DNA of 64,000 bases from an uncultured Spirochaetota bacterium. GTDB lineage: Bacteria > Spirochaetota > Spirochaetia > SZUA-6 > Fen-1364. The position numbers and the translations under genes were made by a program. The notes beneath the pieces were generated by a model. It had not been told where the DNA came from and ran no database searches. It was given only the letters and a program-made list of their open reading frames with translations. Where the stretch lies: the NCBI GenBank assembly GCA_963820525.1, contig CAWGAA010000003.1, forward strand, positions 800,001 to 864,000, read 5' to 3'. Below, piece by piece: positions 10,572 through 20,980 of the stretch (position 1 is its first letter; every line of letters begins with the position of its first letter).

Positions 10572-12201
10572 TCAGAAGTGCACACGCACCGACGCAACGG
10601 CCTGGAAGTCCATCGCTGTAACCCCGCTTACGTTTCCGAAGTTTTCCGTGTAGATTCCGTAAAGATCCACCGCGCAGCGAAGGAATGAGAGCAGATCCAC
10701 GCCCGCGTTCAGGTGGATCACGTTCTTCTTTTCAGCCACTCCCGTCGGAGTCTGGAGGGCTACCGCCGCCGGCCCCTCGGCATACGGGGTGGCGAAGGTC
10801 TGCTCCCCCTTGAGCGCCAGCTTGTAGTCGAGGCTCACGGAGAAAGACCCCGGAACATTGTAGCCGGCCCAGGCTGAAAACACGATCGCGTCCGGGCCTT
10901 CGAAATACCCCAGGGGAGCCGAAACCCATTGGGTGGTTCCCGGCACATTGGATGCCTGCCACCTCCACCACTCAAAGCTGGTGAGGACGTTCTCCCGGAT
11001 GTACATCCAGGGGCTCACGTAGGCGATCTCCGTGCCGCCGTCCACGTAGCCTTCCCAAACGGGCACGCGGGTGCGCACCCCTCCCAGATATGCATCGGCG
11101 TTGGGGGTGTTGCTTGCCGCACCGCCGTAGCGGGCGATCTCGAAGGCGGATTGGATCTGGTTGTATGCGGCCTGGCCGTAGACCTCGATATACTGCCAGG
11201 GGTTGTAGCTCGCCTCCACGGCGAACATCTCCGAGGCGTTGTAGAAGTTGAAGAGGTCATGCAGGATCATGAAGGGATTGAAGTACGCAAGCTTTGGCTC
11301 GACGCCCCCGATAAGCACCCTCGATCAGGCCTATGGACAGCCTGTCGAAGAGGCAGAAATCGATCCTGTGAAGGATAAGGTTCCGGGGATAGGTTTGAAG
11401 GGGGTCCCCGGCCAGATCACCCGCTTTAATCGGGAATCGAAACGGGTCCAGGCTGGAATAGAGCATGACCCAGATCGCCGTGTACTTGAAGTCCCGCCAG
11501 TAGCCCGTTATCCGCATGAAATCGTAATAGTCGGGGGCATCGGAGAGGGTGAGGTCTCCGGTCTGTCCGCTGCCCCACGTGAAGCGATCCCGGCCGAACG
11601 TGAAGGACCAGTTATGCCCGCCCAGGGCCAGGAAGGCGCGGAAGGGAAGACTCACGTCGACAAAGGAAAGATCGAGGGGGACGTTCGCGTAATTCGCCGG
11701 AACGAGAGCCGGATTGACCGTATCGTGGAGCTCCCGAAGGGAAAGATCCATTGCGGCGTACACGTTCTCGCCGGCCCAGGCCTCGACGGGGATGGACACG
11801 AGGGGCTGCCTTTGGTTGTAGCCGTACTCCCATTCAGTGGTTGCCGGGTTTCCATTGGTGTGGAAATAGCCCTCCAGCGCGGCCGCCGGATGCCATGCAA
11901 AGCCGAGCCCCATTGGCTGGGCGGGGGAAAAGGTGGGAAGGGTCGCGCTTATCTCGTCATACGCGCGTTTCCCGGCCGGGGAGAGGGTCTGGGGGTCGAT
12001 CTTCTCCAGCATGAGCAGGATCTCGTCGACCGAGTACGGGCCGGCCGCGGACAGCGGTTCCTTTCCCTGCTCCAGGTAGATGCTCTTGAGAAGCTCGACG
12101 ACGGGAGAATCATAGGGAAGGACCGCCTGGTCGTTCTCGGCGAATGCGGCCGCCGGCGCCAGCACGGCGCACAGCGTCAACACAAGAGCGCGGGCTTTCA
12201 T
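10572..12201 (-). pseudogene. Wzi-like outer-membrane protein split by a frameshift near 11310 (real or sequencing error)
   Basis: ORFs 11257-12201 (signal peptide) and 10572-11318 (ends in C-terminal Phe) overlap and read as one protein. Confidence 0.6.
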
Positions 12202-12236
12202 CCCGGATCCCTCCTTTTGGAGGGATCATACCAGCC

Positions 12237-14087
12237 CTACAACGCCTTTTCCAGCGCCCGGTTGAGCCTCGCCACGAAGCCGGCGGGGTCCTTCAGCTCT
12301 CCGCCCTCGATCAACAGCGCCTCTTCCAGGAGCAGGCGGCTCGCGTCGGCGAGCGCCGCCTCGTCCTGAAGGGCCGCCATCTTGGCGATGATGGGATGCG
12401 AGGGGTTTATCTCGAGGATGGGCTTGAGCTCCGGCATCTCGGAGGTGCCCAGGCTCTTTAAGATCTGACGCAACTGCAGGCTGGGGTCACGGTCGTCGAG
12501 CACGATGCACGACGGGGAGCCGGTGAGGCGGGAGCTCGCCCTCACGTCCCTCACCTCGTCTCCCAGCGCCTTCTTGATCCGGGAGATCACCGGGGCCGCA
12601 TCCGCCGCCTTCTTCCTGTCCTCCTCGGTTTGGAGGTCCTCGGCGGTGCCGGTCCTGTTCACCTGCTTCAGCTCCGTCTCCATGAAGGTGCCGATGGCAG
12701 GCGCCACAAGCTCGTCGATCTCGTCGTCCATCAGCAGCACTTCCATCCCGCGGGCCGCATAGGACTCAAGGAGCGGCGAGCTTCGAAGGCTCGCCTCCCT
12801 GCCTCCCGTGATATAGTAGATGGCCTTCTGGTCCTTTTTCATCCGGTCACGGTACCCGGCCAGGCCGGTCCAGCCGTCCACGGCGGTGGTTTTGTAGCGC
12901 ACAAGCTCCAGGAGCTGGTCGCGATGCTCGAAATCCTGGAGCACTCCCTCCTTCAACGCCCGCCCGAACTCCGCCCAGAAAGCGGCGTATTCCTTGGGAT
13001 CCTTGGCCAGGTTCACCAGGTCCTGGAGGATCTTGCGCACGGAAGAGGAGCGGATGTTCGCCATGATCCGGTTCTTCTGGAGGATCTCGCGGCTGACGTT
13101 GAGGGGAAGATCCTCGGAGTCGATCACCCCGCGGACAAAGCGCAGGTACATGGGGAGGAGCTCCTTCTCGCTGTCCGTGATGAAGACCCGCTTGATGTAG
13201 AGCTTCACCCCAGGCTGCCAGTCGTAGCGGAAAAGGTCGAAGGGCGCCTTCCGGGGGATGTAGAAGAGGGTGGTATACGCAAGGGCCCCCTCCACGGAGT
13301 TGTGCATCCACAGAAGGGGATCTTCCGTGTCGTGGGTGAGGGTCTTGTAGAACTCCTTGTAGTCCTCCTCCTTGAGCTCCGACTTGGGCCGGGTCCAGAG
13401 CGCGAGGGCCGCGTTCACCTGCTCCACCTTGTCCACCGCGCCGCCATGCTGCCCCTCCTCCTGGTAATGGAGGTGGATGGGAAAGGCGATGTGGTTGGAG
13501 TACTTGCGGATGATCTCCAGTATCCGCCAGCGGTCCGCGAACTCTCCGCCCTGCTCGTTCAGGTGAAGGGTGACGGTGGTTCCGCAGCCGTCCCGCCTGG
13601 CTTCCGCGATCTCGTACTCTCCCTTGCCGTCGCTGGTCCAGCGCCACGCCTTCTCGTCACCGATCCGGCGGGAGATCACCTCCACGCTGTCCGCGACCAT
13701 GAAGGAGGAGTAGAACCCCACGCCGAACTGGCCGATAAGGTTGGTGCCCTTCTTGGCGTCCGCAGCCAGGGCCTGGAGGAACTCGCGGGTGCCCGAGCGG
13801 GCAATGGTTCCCAGGTTCTCCTCCAGCTCCTTGTCGTTCATCCCGATGCCGGAATCCGAGACGGTGAGGGTTTTCTTGTCCTTTGCGTCGAAGGAGATGT
13901 CGATGCGGGGCGTGAAGGGAATGCCCCTATACTCTTCCTGCGTCAGGGTGAGATAGCGCAGCCTGTCCAGGGCGTCCGACGCGTTGGAGACGAGCTCGCG
14001 CAGGAAGATCTCGGTATTCGAGTACAAGGAATGGACGATGAGGTTGAGCAGCTGGCTTACCTCGGCTTGGAACTGGTGCTTGGCCAT
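12237..14087 (-). CDS. htpG: Molecular chaperone HtpG (Hsp90)
   Basis: FLRELVSNASDA, IGQFGVGFYS and DSEDLPLNVSRE motifs. Confidence 0.98.
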   Translation of the reverse strand: MAKHQFQAEVSQLLNLIVHSLYSNTEIFLRELVSNASDALDRLRYLTLTQEEYRGIPFTPRIDISFDAKDKKTLTVSDSGIGMNDKELEENLGTIARSGTREFLQALAADAKKGTNLIGQFGVGFYSSFMVADSVEVISRRIGDEKAWRWTSDGKGEYEIAEARRDGCGTTVTLHLNEQGGEFADRWRILEIIRKYSNHIAFPIHLHYQEEGQHGGAVDKVEQVNAALALWTRPKSELKEEDYKEFYKTLTHDTEDPLLWMHNSVEGALAYTTLFYIPRKAPFDLFRYDWQPGVKLYIKRVFITDSEKELLPMYLRFVRGVIDSEDLPLNVSREILQKNRIMANIRSSSVRKILQDLVNLAKDPKEYAAFWAEFGRALKEGVLQDFEHRDQLLELVRYKTTAVDGWTGLAGYRDRMKKDQKAIYYITGGREASLRSSPLLESYAARGMEVLLMDDEIDELVAPAIGTFMETELKQVNRTGTAEDLQTEEDRKKAADAAPVISRIKKALGDEVRDVRASSRLTGSPSCIVLDDRDPSLQLRQILKSLGTSEMPELKPILEINPSHPIIAKMAALQDEAALADASRLLLEEALLIEGGELKDPAGFVARLNRALEKAL

Positions 14088-14187
14088 GACTCGACTCCTT
14101 TGAAGACGGTGCTTCGGATGAACGAGCTCTCGCTGTTTTACGACAAATTACTCAAAAGATGGGCATCGAGTAAAGCGGAAGGCCCGC

Positions 14188-14216
14188 TTGACACTTTTTC
14201 ATAATCCTGCTACTTT
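14188..14216 (+). promoter_or_regulatory. Sigma70-like promoter of trp operon
   Basis: TTGACA-17bp-TACTTT with TG extension, 11 bp upstream of leader ATG. Confidence 0.65.
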
Positions 14217-14227
14217 CCGCTCACGAT

Positions 14228-14287
14228 ATGAACAAGATGACCGGGCGCAAGATTACCGTTCTCATCAATTGGTGGTGGTGGACCTGA
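14228..14287 (+). CDS. trpL: trp leader peptide MNKMTGRKITVLINWWWWT
   Basis: 19 codons with four consecutive TGG, directly upstream of terminator and trpE. Confidence 0.9.
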   Translation: MNKMTGRKITVLINWWWWT

Positions 14288-14316
14288 GGTAGCCAGGACC
14301 ACCGTTTTCGCCAGGG

Positions 14317-14367
14317 AAACCGCGGGTTCTGGTTGCCGGACAACCAGGGCCTGCGGTTTTTCTATTT
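14317..14367 (+). terminator. trp attenuator terminator
   Basis: AAACCGCGGGTTCTGGTTG / CAACCAGGGCCTGCGGTTT stem with T-rich tail. Confidence 0.75.
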
Positions 14368-14370
14368 ATG

Positions 14371-14408
14371 AGCCGCAGAACCTGCAAAGAGGATCTGCGG
14401 CTTTTTTT
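14371..14408 (+). terminator. Second intrinsic terminator in trp leader
   Basis: AGCCGCAGA / TCTGCGGCT stem followed by a T run. Confidence 0.7.
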
Positions 14409-14523
14409 ATGCCGGCGGCGGTGCGCCGACGCCGGCAAGAGGGTGCCAAGAGGGCGTCGCCGGCCGGCTGCGGATCCGAGCGGGAAAGAGCGGGCCGCCT
14501 TCAATCATAAGGGAGGAAAGAGA

Positions 14524-15942
14524 ATGAGCGTTGCCGTTTCCGAAAAGACGGGGAGAGTGATCTACAGGAAAATCCCCGGAGAGAGGTTCACCCCCTTCGG
14601 CCTGGCAAAGAAGCTGCAAGCGAAGGTGCTATTGGAAAGCGCCTCTTTCCGCGGCGGCCGCGAGAGGTACTCCATCCTGATTCTCAAGGAAGCCTTCTCC
14701 ATCGTGGAGACGCGGGAAGGCATCTTCATGGAGAAGGGTGGGAAGAGACATCGCGTGAAGCACGGAGGCAAGGACCTCTTGAGCGTTCTCCTTTACTTTG
14801 CTGATCAGCATGCGGGAGAGGGCTCAGGCTTGCCGTTTCCCGTGGGAGGCGCCGGCTACCTCTCCTATGAGTATGCCGCGAAGTTCGACACGGTGCGCCT
14901 GTCCCGCAAGAGCGATCCCCTGGGGGTTCCCGAGGCGTACTTCATCTTCGGGCACGTGTACCTCGTCTTCGACCACTACACCGACACCCTCACCATCTTC
15001 GGGGTCAACTACCGCGAAGCGCACGTGGACTTGGAGAAGGAGATCCGCCAGACCGAGGAGCGGATCAATGACCTCGACTTCAACTACCTGGGCTCCCGCC
15101 CGGCGGACGCGCGGGCCACTCTTCTCACCCCTGCCTCCGAGCGGGAGGAGTACCTGGAGGGGGTGGCGAAGGTGAAGGATGAGATCGTGCGGGGCAACCT
15201 CCTTCAGGGGGTCCTTTCCCGGCGGCTTACCTTCCGCACCGAGGTCCCGGCCCTTGAAGCCTACAGGAACCTGCGCTCATTCAATCCTTCCCCCTATATG
15301 TTCTTCCTCGATTTCGGAGGCTTCCAGCTCTTCGGCTCCTCCCCCGAGGTCCACGTGAAGGTGAAGGACGGCAAGGCCGTCATGCGGCCCATCGCGGGAA
15401 CACGACCCCGGGGGGCCACCGAGGCCGAGGACGTCCGGCTGGAGAAGGAGCTGCTCTCCGACGAGAAGGAGAAGGCGGAGCACCTGATGCTGGTGGACCT
15501 GGCCAGAAACGACCTGGGAAGGATCTGCGTGCCGGGGACCGTCAGGGTGACGGAGAGCATGGTGATCGAGCGCTACTCCCACGTGATGCACATCGTGTCC
15601 CAGGTGGAAGGGGACCTGACGCCCGACAGGAGCGGGATCGATGCGATCCGGGCCACCTTCCCCGCCGGAACCGTGAGCGGCGCGCCGAAGATCAAGGCCA
15701 TGGAGATCATCGACGGGCTTGAGAAGGAGACGCGCGGCTTCTACGCGGGAATCGTCGGGTACCTGGAGCCGGGCGGGAACCTCGACACCTGCATCACGAT
15801 CAGGAGCGCGCTCAAGATGGGAGACCGGCTCGTTTTCCAGGCGGGCGCGGGGATCGTCTACGATTCCGTGCCGCAGAAGGAATACGAGGAAACGTCGGCC
15901 AAGCTCAGGGCGCTGGGCAAGGCCATTGGAGTGGAGGTGTAA
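14524..15942 (+). CDS. trpE: Anthranilate synthase component I
   Basis: NPSPYMF, PIAGTRPRG, EHLMLVDLARND and FPAGTVSGAPK motifs. Confidence 0.96.
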   Translation: MSVAVSEKTGRVIYRKIPGERFTPFGLAKKLQAKVLLESASFRGGRERYSILILKEAFSIVETREGIFMEKGGKRHRVKHGGKDLLSVLLYFADQHAGEGSGLPFPVGGAGYLSYEYAAKFDTVRLSRKSDPLGVPEAYFIFGHVYLVFDHYTDTLTIFGVNYREAHVDLEKEIRQTEERINDLDFNYLGSRPADARATLLTPASEREEYLEGVAKVKDEIVRGNLLQGVLSRRLTFRTEVPALEAYRNLRSFNPSPYMFFLDFGGFQLFGSSPEVHVKVKDGKAVMRPIAGTRPRGATEAEDVRLEKELLSDEKEKAEHLMLVDLARNDLGRICVPGTVRVTESMVIERYSHVMHIVSQVEGDLTPDRSGIDAIRATFPAGTVSGAPKIKAMEIIDGLEKETRGFYAGIVGYLEPGGNLDTCITIRSALKMGDRLVFQAGAGIVYDSVPQKEYEETSAKLRALGKAIGVEV

Positions 15943-15943
15943 A

Positions 15944-17563
15944 ATGACGCTGATCATCGACAACTACGATTCGTTCACGTACAACCTGTTCCAGATCCTG
16001 TGCGAGATCTCCGACGAGCCCGTGCGGGTGGTCAGAAACGACAGGATCACGATCAAGGAAATCTCCACCATGGCCCCCAAGCGGATCGTCGTTTCGCCGG
16101 GGCCCGGAACACCCGAGCAGGCGGGGATCACGGTTGAAGCCATCCGGACCTTCGCCGGCCAGATCCCCATCCTCGGTGTATGCCTTGGCCACCAATCTAT
16201 CGCGTACGCCTTCGGAGGCAAGATCACGGCGGCCAAGAGGATCGTGCACGGCAAAGTGGAGAAGATAACACTGGACGGCAAGGGGCTGTTCAGGAACCTC
16301 CCCTCCCCCTCCGCCTTCACCCGCTACCACTCCCTCGTTGTGGACCCCGAGAGCGTTCCCGAGGAGCTGGAGGTGAGCGCCACATCCAGCGATGGGGAGA
16401 TCATGGGCTTGAGGCACAAGCGCTTCCAGATCGAGGGCATCCAGTTCCACCCCGAGTCCATAGCCTCGGAGCACGGAAAGAGGATTCTCAAGAACTTCCT
16501 GGTCTATCGCAGGGAGCCCTTCGCTTCCACCGGGTCTCTGGGCAGGCTCATGGCGGGCAAGGACCTCGAGAACGCCGAGGTGGAGGGCTTCATGGAGGAG
16601 CTGACCGAGGGCAACCTCGACAAGTCCCAGATCGCCGCCTTCCTTTCCTGCCTCACCATGAAGGGCGTCACCCCGCAGGAGCTGGCGGCCATGGCGACGG
16701 TGCTCAGGAGAAAGATGAAGAGCGTGCCCTGCTCGAAGCTGGTTCTGGACACCTGCGGCACGGGAGGGGACGGGCTTTCCACCTTCAACATATCGTCGCT
16801 TGCCGCGCTGGTTGCCTCCGCGTGCGGCGCCTGGGTTGCAAAGCATGGAAACCGCGGAGCCAGCTCCCCCACGGGGAGCGCGGACTTTTACCGCTCCCTG
16901 GGCGTGGCCGTGGAGCTTCCCCCGCAAAAGGCGGCGCAGATGCTGAAGCGCACCGGGTTTACGTTCCTCTTCGCCCCCCTGTACCACGGAGCGATGAAGC
17001 ACGCGGCGGAGGCGCGCAAGGAGCTTCGCGTGAAGACCGTCATGAACCTGCTGGGCCCGCTCATCAACCCGGCCGAGTCCTCCTTCCAGCTCATCGGCGT
17101 GTTCGAGGACCGCTACTGCATGCCGATGGCGCAGGCGGCGCGGATGCTCGGGGCAACCAGGGTGATGGTGGTGCATGGGGCCGACGGCATGGACGAGATA
17201 TCGGTCACGGGCCCCACCCACATCGTGAAGATCGACGAGTCGGGCACGATCAGCGACACCCGATTCGATCCCGCGGAGATCGGGATCCCCGCCTACCGCC
17301 TGGAGGAGCTTCGCGGCGGAACGGCCCCGGAGAACGCCGAAACCGCCCGGCAGATCCTCTCCGGCGGCGGGTCCGAAGCCATCCGTGAGGCGGTTCTCCT
17401 GAACGCGGGGGCGGCCCTCCACGTGTGCGGGCTGGCGGGCGGGATCAAGGAAGGCTACCGCATGGCCAAGCAGTCCCTTGCCTCCGGCAAGGTCAAGGAG
17501 AAGCTGGAGCAGATCCTCAAGGAGGGCGCGCTCATCGCCTCCGCCGCGGAGAGCGTCGCCTGA
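15944..17563 (+). CDS. trpGD: Fused anthranilate synthase component II / anthranilate phosphoribosyltransferase
   Basis: IDNYDSFTYN, GVCLGHQ and QFHPES, then DTCGTGGDG and KHGNR. Confidence 0.95.
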   Translation: MTLIIDNYDSFTYNLFQILCEISDEPVRVVRNDRITIKEISTMAPKRIVVSPGPGTPEQAGITVEAIRTFAGQIPILGVCLGHQSIAYAFGGKITAAKRIVHGKVEKITLDGKGLFRNLPSPSAFTRYHSLVVDPESVPEELEVSATSSDGEIMGLRHKRFQIEGIQFHPESIASEHGKRILKNFLVYRREPFASTGSLGRLMAGKDLENAEVEGFMEELTEGNLDKSQIAAFLSCLTMKGVTPQELAAMATVLRRKMKSVPCSKLVLDTCGTGGDGLSTFNISSLAALVASACGAWVAKHGNRGASSPTGSADFYRSLGVAVELPPQKAAQMLKRTGFTFLFAPLYHGAMKHAAEARKELRVKTVMNLLGPLINPAESSFQLIGVFEDRYCMPMAQAARMLGATRVMVVHGADGMDEISVTGPTHIVKIDESGTISDTRFDPAEIGIPAYRLEELRGGTAPENAETARQILSGGGSEAIREAVLLNAGAALHVCGLAGGIKEGYRMAKQSLASGKVKEKLEQILKEGALIASAAESVA

Positions 17564-18981
17564 TGAGCATCGTGCGGAAGATCGTCGAACGGCGGCGGGA
17601 GCGGATCCGGGCCGAGGGCCACGCTCTGGGCGCGAGCCTGCCCGATTCGCGGCGGGCTCCGCTCGCGCCTCTCGGCCGCGAGCCTTTCCTGATCTGCGAA
17701 ATCAAGCGCCGTTCGCCGTCCAGGGGCTGGATCGCACGGGACCTGAACGCGGCAGGCCAGGCCAGGGCTTACCGCGGCCGGGGAATCCTGAGCATCTCGG
17801 TGCTCACGGAGGAAGACCACTTCTCGGGCTCCCTGAAAGACCTCATCGACGTGAAGGCGGCGGCGCCCGACGCGGCGGTGCTTCGAAAGGATTTCCTCCT
17901 GGACGAGGAAGATCTGGACGTGTCCTACAGGGCTGGGGCGGACGCAGTGCTTCTGATCGCCTCGGTGCTGTCCGGCGCCGAGCTGGCCGCGCTCTGCCAA
18001 AAGGCGGGGAGCCTCGGGATGGAAGCCCTGGTCGAGGTGCACGACGAAAAGGACGTTGAAAAGGCGAGGCCCCTGCGTCCCGCCTTCACGGGCATCAACT
18101 GCCGCAACCTCGCCACGTTCTCCACGGACCTCATCCAGCCCCTGAAGATCCGCCGCCTGATAGACTGGCCCACGCGCCTGATCTTCGAGTCCGGGATCAA
18201 AAGCCGTGAGGATGCCCTCTTCGTATTAAGCGCAGGCTTTTCGGGGATGCTGGCCGGAGAATCCGTGACCCGGGACCAAGGGCTGGTGGAGGAGATACTC
18301 GGGGCTTTCGGACAAAAACCGGGAGACTTCTGGCGCAAGCTCTTTGATCGTCACCGGCCGGGAAAGCCTCTTGTGAAGATCTGCGGAATCGCCCGGGAAG
18401 AAGACGGCCGCCTGGCGGCGGAGCTGGGCGCCGATGTCCTGGGATTCGTGCTCGCTCCATCCCCTCGTCGGGCGGACCCCGCCCTCATCAAGAAGCTTTC
18501 AGACCTGCGGGTCCCCAAGGTGGCCGTGGTTGTGGGGCCGGGAGACGAGGGAACCGCGCTCGCGCGCCGCCTGCTTCAAGACGGGCTCATAGATGCCGTC
18601 CAGTTTCACGGGGAGGAAGCGCCGGAGGAATGCTTTGCCGCCGCATTTCCCTACTATAAAACAGTGCGCGTGGCGGCCCCGAAAGACGTTGAAGAGATTG
18701 GAAGGTACCGCTCGCCTCGGGTGCTCGTGGACGCCAGGAGCCCCCGGGCTGCCGGCGGCACGGGGCAGAGGATTCCGGCATACCTGGTCTCCCTCGTGAA
18801 GGAGCGCCACCCGCTGTGGCTGGCGGGGGGGATCGGTCCTGAAAACGTGCGTGACATCGTGCGCGGTTTCTCACCCGAGCTGATAGATGCATCCAGCGGG
18901 CTGGAAAGCTCTCCGGGGAAAAAGGACCCGGACAGATTGAGGAGGTTTTTCAAGGAGATGGCAAATGACGAAACGGATTGA
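17563..18981 (+). CDS. trpCF: Fused indole-3-glycerol-phosphate synthase / PRA isomerase
   Basis: EIKRRSPSRG and LRKDF, then VKICGI and LAGGIGPEN; TGATG coupling with trpGD. Confidence 0.93.
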   Translation: MSIVRKIVERRRERIRAEGHALGASLPDSRRAPLAPLGREPFLICEIKRRSPSRGWIARDLNAAGQARAYRGRGILSISVLTEEDHFSGSLKDLIDVKAAAPDAAVLRKDFLLDEEDLDVSYRAGADAVLLIASVLSGAELAALCQKAGSLGMEALVEVHDEKDVEKARPLRPAFTGINCRNLATFSTDLIQPLKIRRLIDWPTRLIFESGIKSREDALFVLSAGFSGMLAGESVTRDQGLVEEILGAFGQKPGDFWRKLFDRHRPGKPLVKICGIAREEDGRLAAELGADVLGFVLAPSPRRADPALIKKLSDLRVPKVAVVVGPGDEGTALARRLLQDGLIDAVQFHGEEAPEECFAAAFPYYKTVRVAAPKDVEEIGRYRSPRVLVDARSPRAAGGTGQRIPAYLVSLVKERHPLWLAGGIGPENVRDIVRGFSPELIDASSGLESSPGKKDPDRLRRFFKEMANDETD

Positions 18982-20191
18982 CGGGTTCTTTGGCGAGTTC
19001 GGCGGACGCTACGTGGCCGAGGTCCTGGCGAATCCCCTGGCCGAGCTTGAAAAGGCGTTCCATGAAGCCCAGGCGGACAAAGCTTTCCGCGCCGAGTTCG
19101 ATGAGCTGTGCCGCAGCTACACGGGCAGGCCCACGCCCTTCCTGGCCGCCGAAAACGCAAGCCGCAAGCTGGGCGGCGCCCGGATCTTCGTGAAGCTTGA
19201 AGGGCTTGCCAACACGGGCGCGCATAAGATCAACAACGTCATTGGGCAGTGCCTCCTGGCCAGGCGCATGGGCAAGAAGAGGATCATCGCGGAGACGGGC
19301 GCGGGCCAGCACGGTTTCGCCACCGCCGCGATGTGCGCCAAGATGGGATTCACGTGCCGCGTGTACATGGGAGAGGTGGACATCCGCCGCCAACGGCCAA
19401 ATGTGTTCTGGATGGAGCTGTTCGGCGCCGAGGTCGTGCCCGTTTCCGGGACCTCCGGCACACTGAGCGATGCCATCAATGAAGCAATGCGGGATTGGGC
19501 TGACAGCTTCCAGGACACCCACTACCTGTTGGGCTCCGTGCTGGGACCGTCTCCGTACCCGGACATGGTGCGGGAGTTCCAGTCCGTGATAGGCCGGGAG
19601 GTTGAAGAGCAGGTTGCACAGGAGGGGCTGGACGTTGAAGCCCTGGTGGCCTGTGTGGGCGGGGGCTCAAACGCCATGGGCTTCTTCTCTCCGTTCATTG
19701 ACCGCGCAAAGCCGCGCCTCATAGGCGTGGAGGCGGGTGGAAGGGGAAAGGGCGCGGGAGAGCATGCCACACGCATGGACGGCTCCGGCATCCCGGGTAT
19801 TGTCCACGGATACAAGTCACTGTTTTTAGAGGATGAGGACGGCCAGCTCCTGCCCACCCATTCGATCTCAGCCGGCCTGGACTACCCCGGTATTGGGCCG
19901 CAGCTTGCCCACCTGGGAAAAACCGGCAGGGTGGAGTTCACGCGCGCCTCCGACTCCGAGGCGCTTGAAGCCGTGAGGTTCTTTGCGGAAAACGAGGGCC
20001 TGGTGTTTGCCATGGAATCAGCCCACGCCGCGGCCGCCGCTATGCGCCTGGCCCCGTCCATGCCGAAGAACAAGGCGCTGGTGGTCAACATGTCGGGCCG
20101 CGGGGACAAGGATATCTTCATCATGGCCCGGGCACTGGACGGGGCCAACTGGCGAACCTTCCTGCAGGAGGAGGTTGCCCGCAATGCCTAA
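18965..20191 (+). CDS. trpB: Tryptophan synthase beta chain
   Basis: TGAHKINN, ETGAGQHG and SAGLDYPG motifs. Confidence 0.97.
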   Translation: MTKRIDGFFGEFGGRYVAEVLANPLAELEKAFHEAQADKAFRAEFDELCRSYTGRPTPFLAAENASRKLGGARIFVKLEGLANTGAHKINNVIGQCLLARRMGKKRIIAETGAGQHGFATAAMCAKMGFTCRVYMGEVDIRRQRPNVFWMELFGAEVVPVSGTSGTLSDAINEAMRDWADSFQDTHYLLGSVLGPSPYPDMVREFQSVIGREVEEQVAQEGLDVEALVACVGGGSNAMGFFSPFIDRAKPRLIGVEAGGRGKGAGEHATRMDGSGIPGIVHGYKSLFLEDEDGQLLPTHSISAGLDYPGIGPQLAHLGKTGRVEFTRASDSEALEAVRFFAENEGLVFAMESAHAAAAAMRLAPSMPKNKALVVNMSGRGDKDIFIMARALDGANWRTFLQEEVARNA

Positions 20192-20945
20192 CAGGATCAT
20201 GGCCCACATGGTGGCCTTCTACCCGGATGAGACGCAGTGCCTGGAGGTAGCGCGCGCCCTGGTGGACGGCGGGGCAACCTACCTGGAGCTTCAGTTCCCC
20301 TTCAGCGATCCAACGGCTGACGGCCCTGTTATCCAGCGCGCATGCTCACGAGCGCTCAAGCAGGGCTTCACCGTTCAAAGGGGTTTGCGCATCCTGGAGC
20401 GCATCCGCGCCTTCACCCAGGTGCCCGTGTTCGTAATGAGCTACGCAAACCTCGCCGTGCGGCGCGGCACACGGGAATACGCGCGCCGCTGCAAGGAAGC
20501 CGGCGCCTTCGGGCTCATCGTGCCGGACCTTCCTCCTGATTTGGATGAGGGCCTGTATGCCGCGGGCAAGGCTGAGGGCCTGCACGTGGTTCCCGTTGTC
20601 GTGCCCACCATTACGGACAAAAGGCTTGCCCTGGTGCGCGCAAAGAAGCCGGCTTTCATCTATGCGGCGCTGCGCAAGGGCATTACGGGGGCCGCCACCA
20701 GGATCGGGGAGGAGAACCTCTCGTTCCTCTCCCGGCTGGCGGATGGTGAAACAAAGATCATGGCCGGGTTCGGCATTTCAGAGCGAGGCCAGGTGGAGGC
20801 GCTGGCGGAACATGTGCACGCGGTGATTATCGGGTCGGCGTTTGTCGCTGCGGCCGGGGGGGATGAGGATGGCCGGCTTGCGGCCGGCTCGCCCGCACCT
20901 TCGCCCTACGTCGCGGTGCTCTCGAAAATCCGCGGGCTCGTGTAG
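20184..20945 (+). CDS. trpA: Tryptophan synthase alpha chain
   Basis: ELQFPFSDPTADGPVIQ, GITG and AGFGIS motifs. Confidence 0.93.
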   Translation: MPNRIMAHMVAFYPDETQCLEVARALVDGGATYLELQFPFSDPTADGPVIQRACSRALKQGFTVQRGLRILERIRAFTQVPVFVMSYANLAVRRGTREYARRCKEAGAFGLIVPDLPPDLDEGLYAAGKAEGLHVVPVVVPTITDKRLALVRAKKPAFIYAALRKGITGAATRIGEENLSFLSRLADGETKIMAGFGISERGQVEALAEHVHAVIIGSAFVAAAGGDEDGRLAAGSPAPSPYVAVLSKIRGLV

Positions 20946-20980
20946 AATCAAAGCAGCGGCGGCGGTTGCACGAGGGTTCT

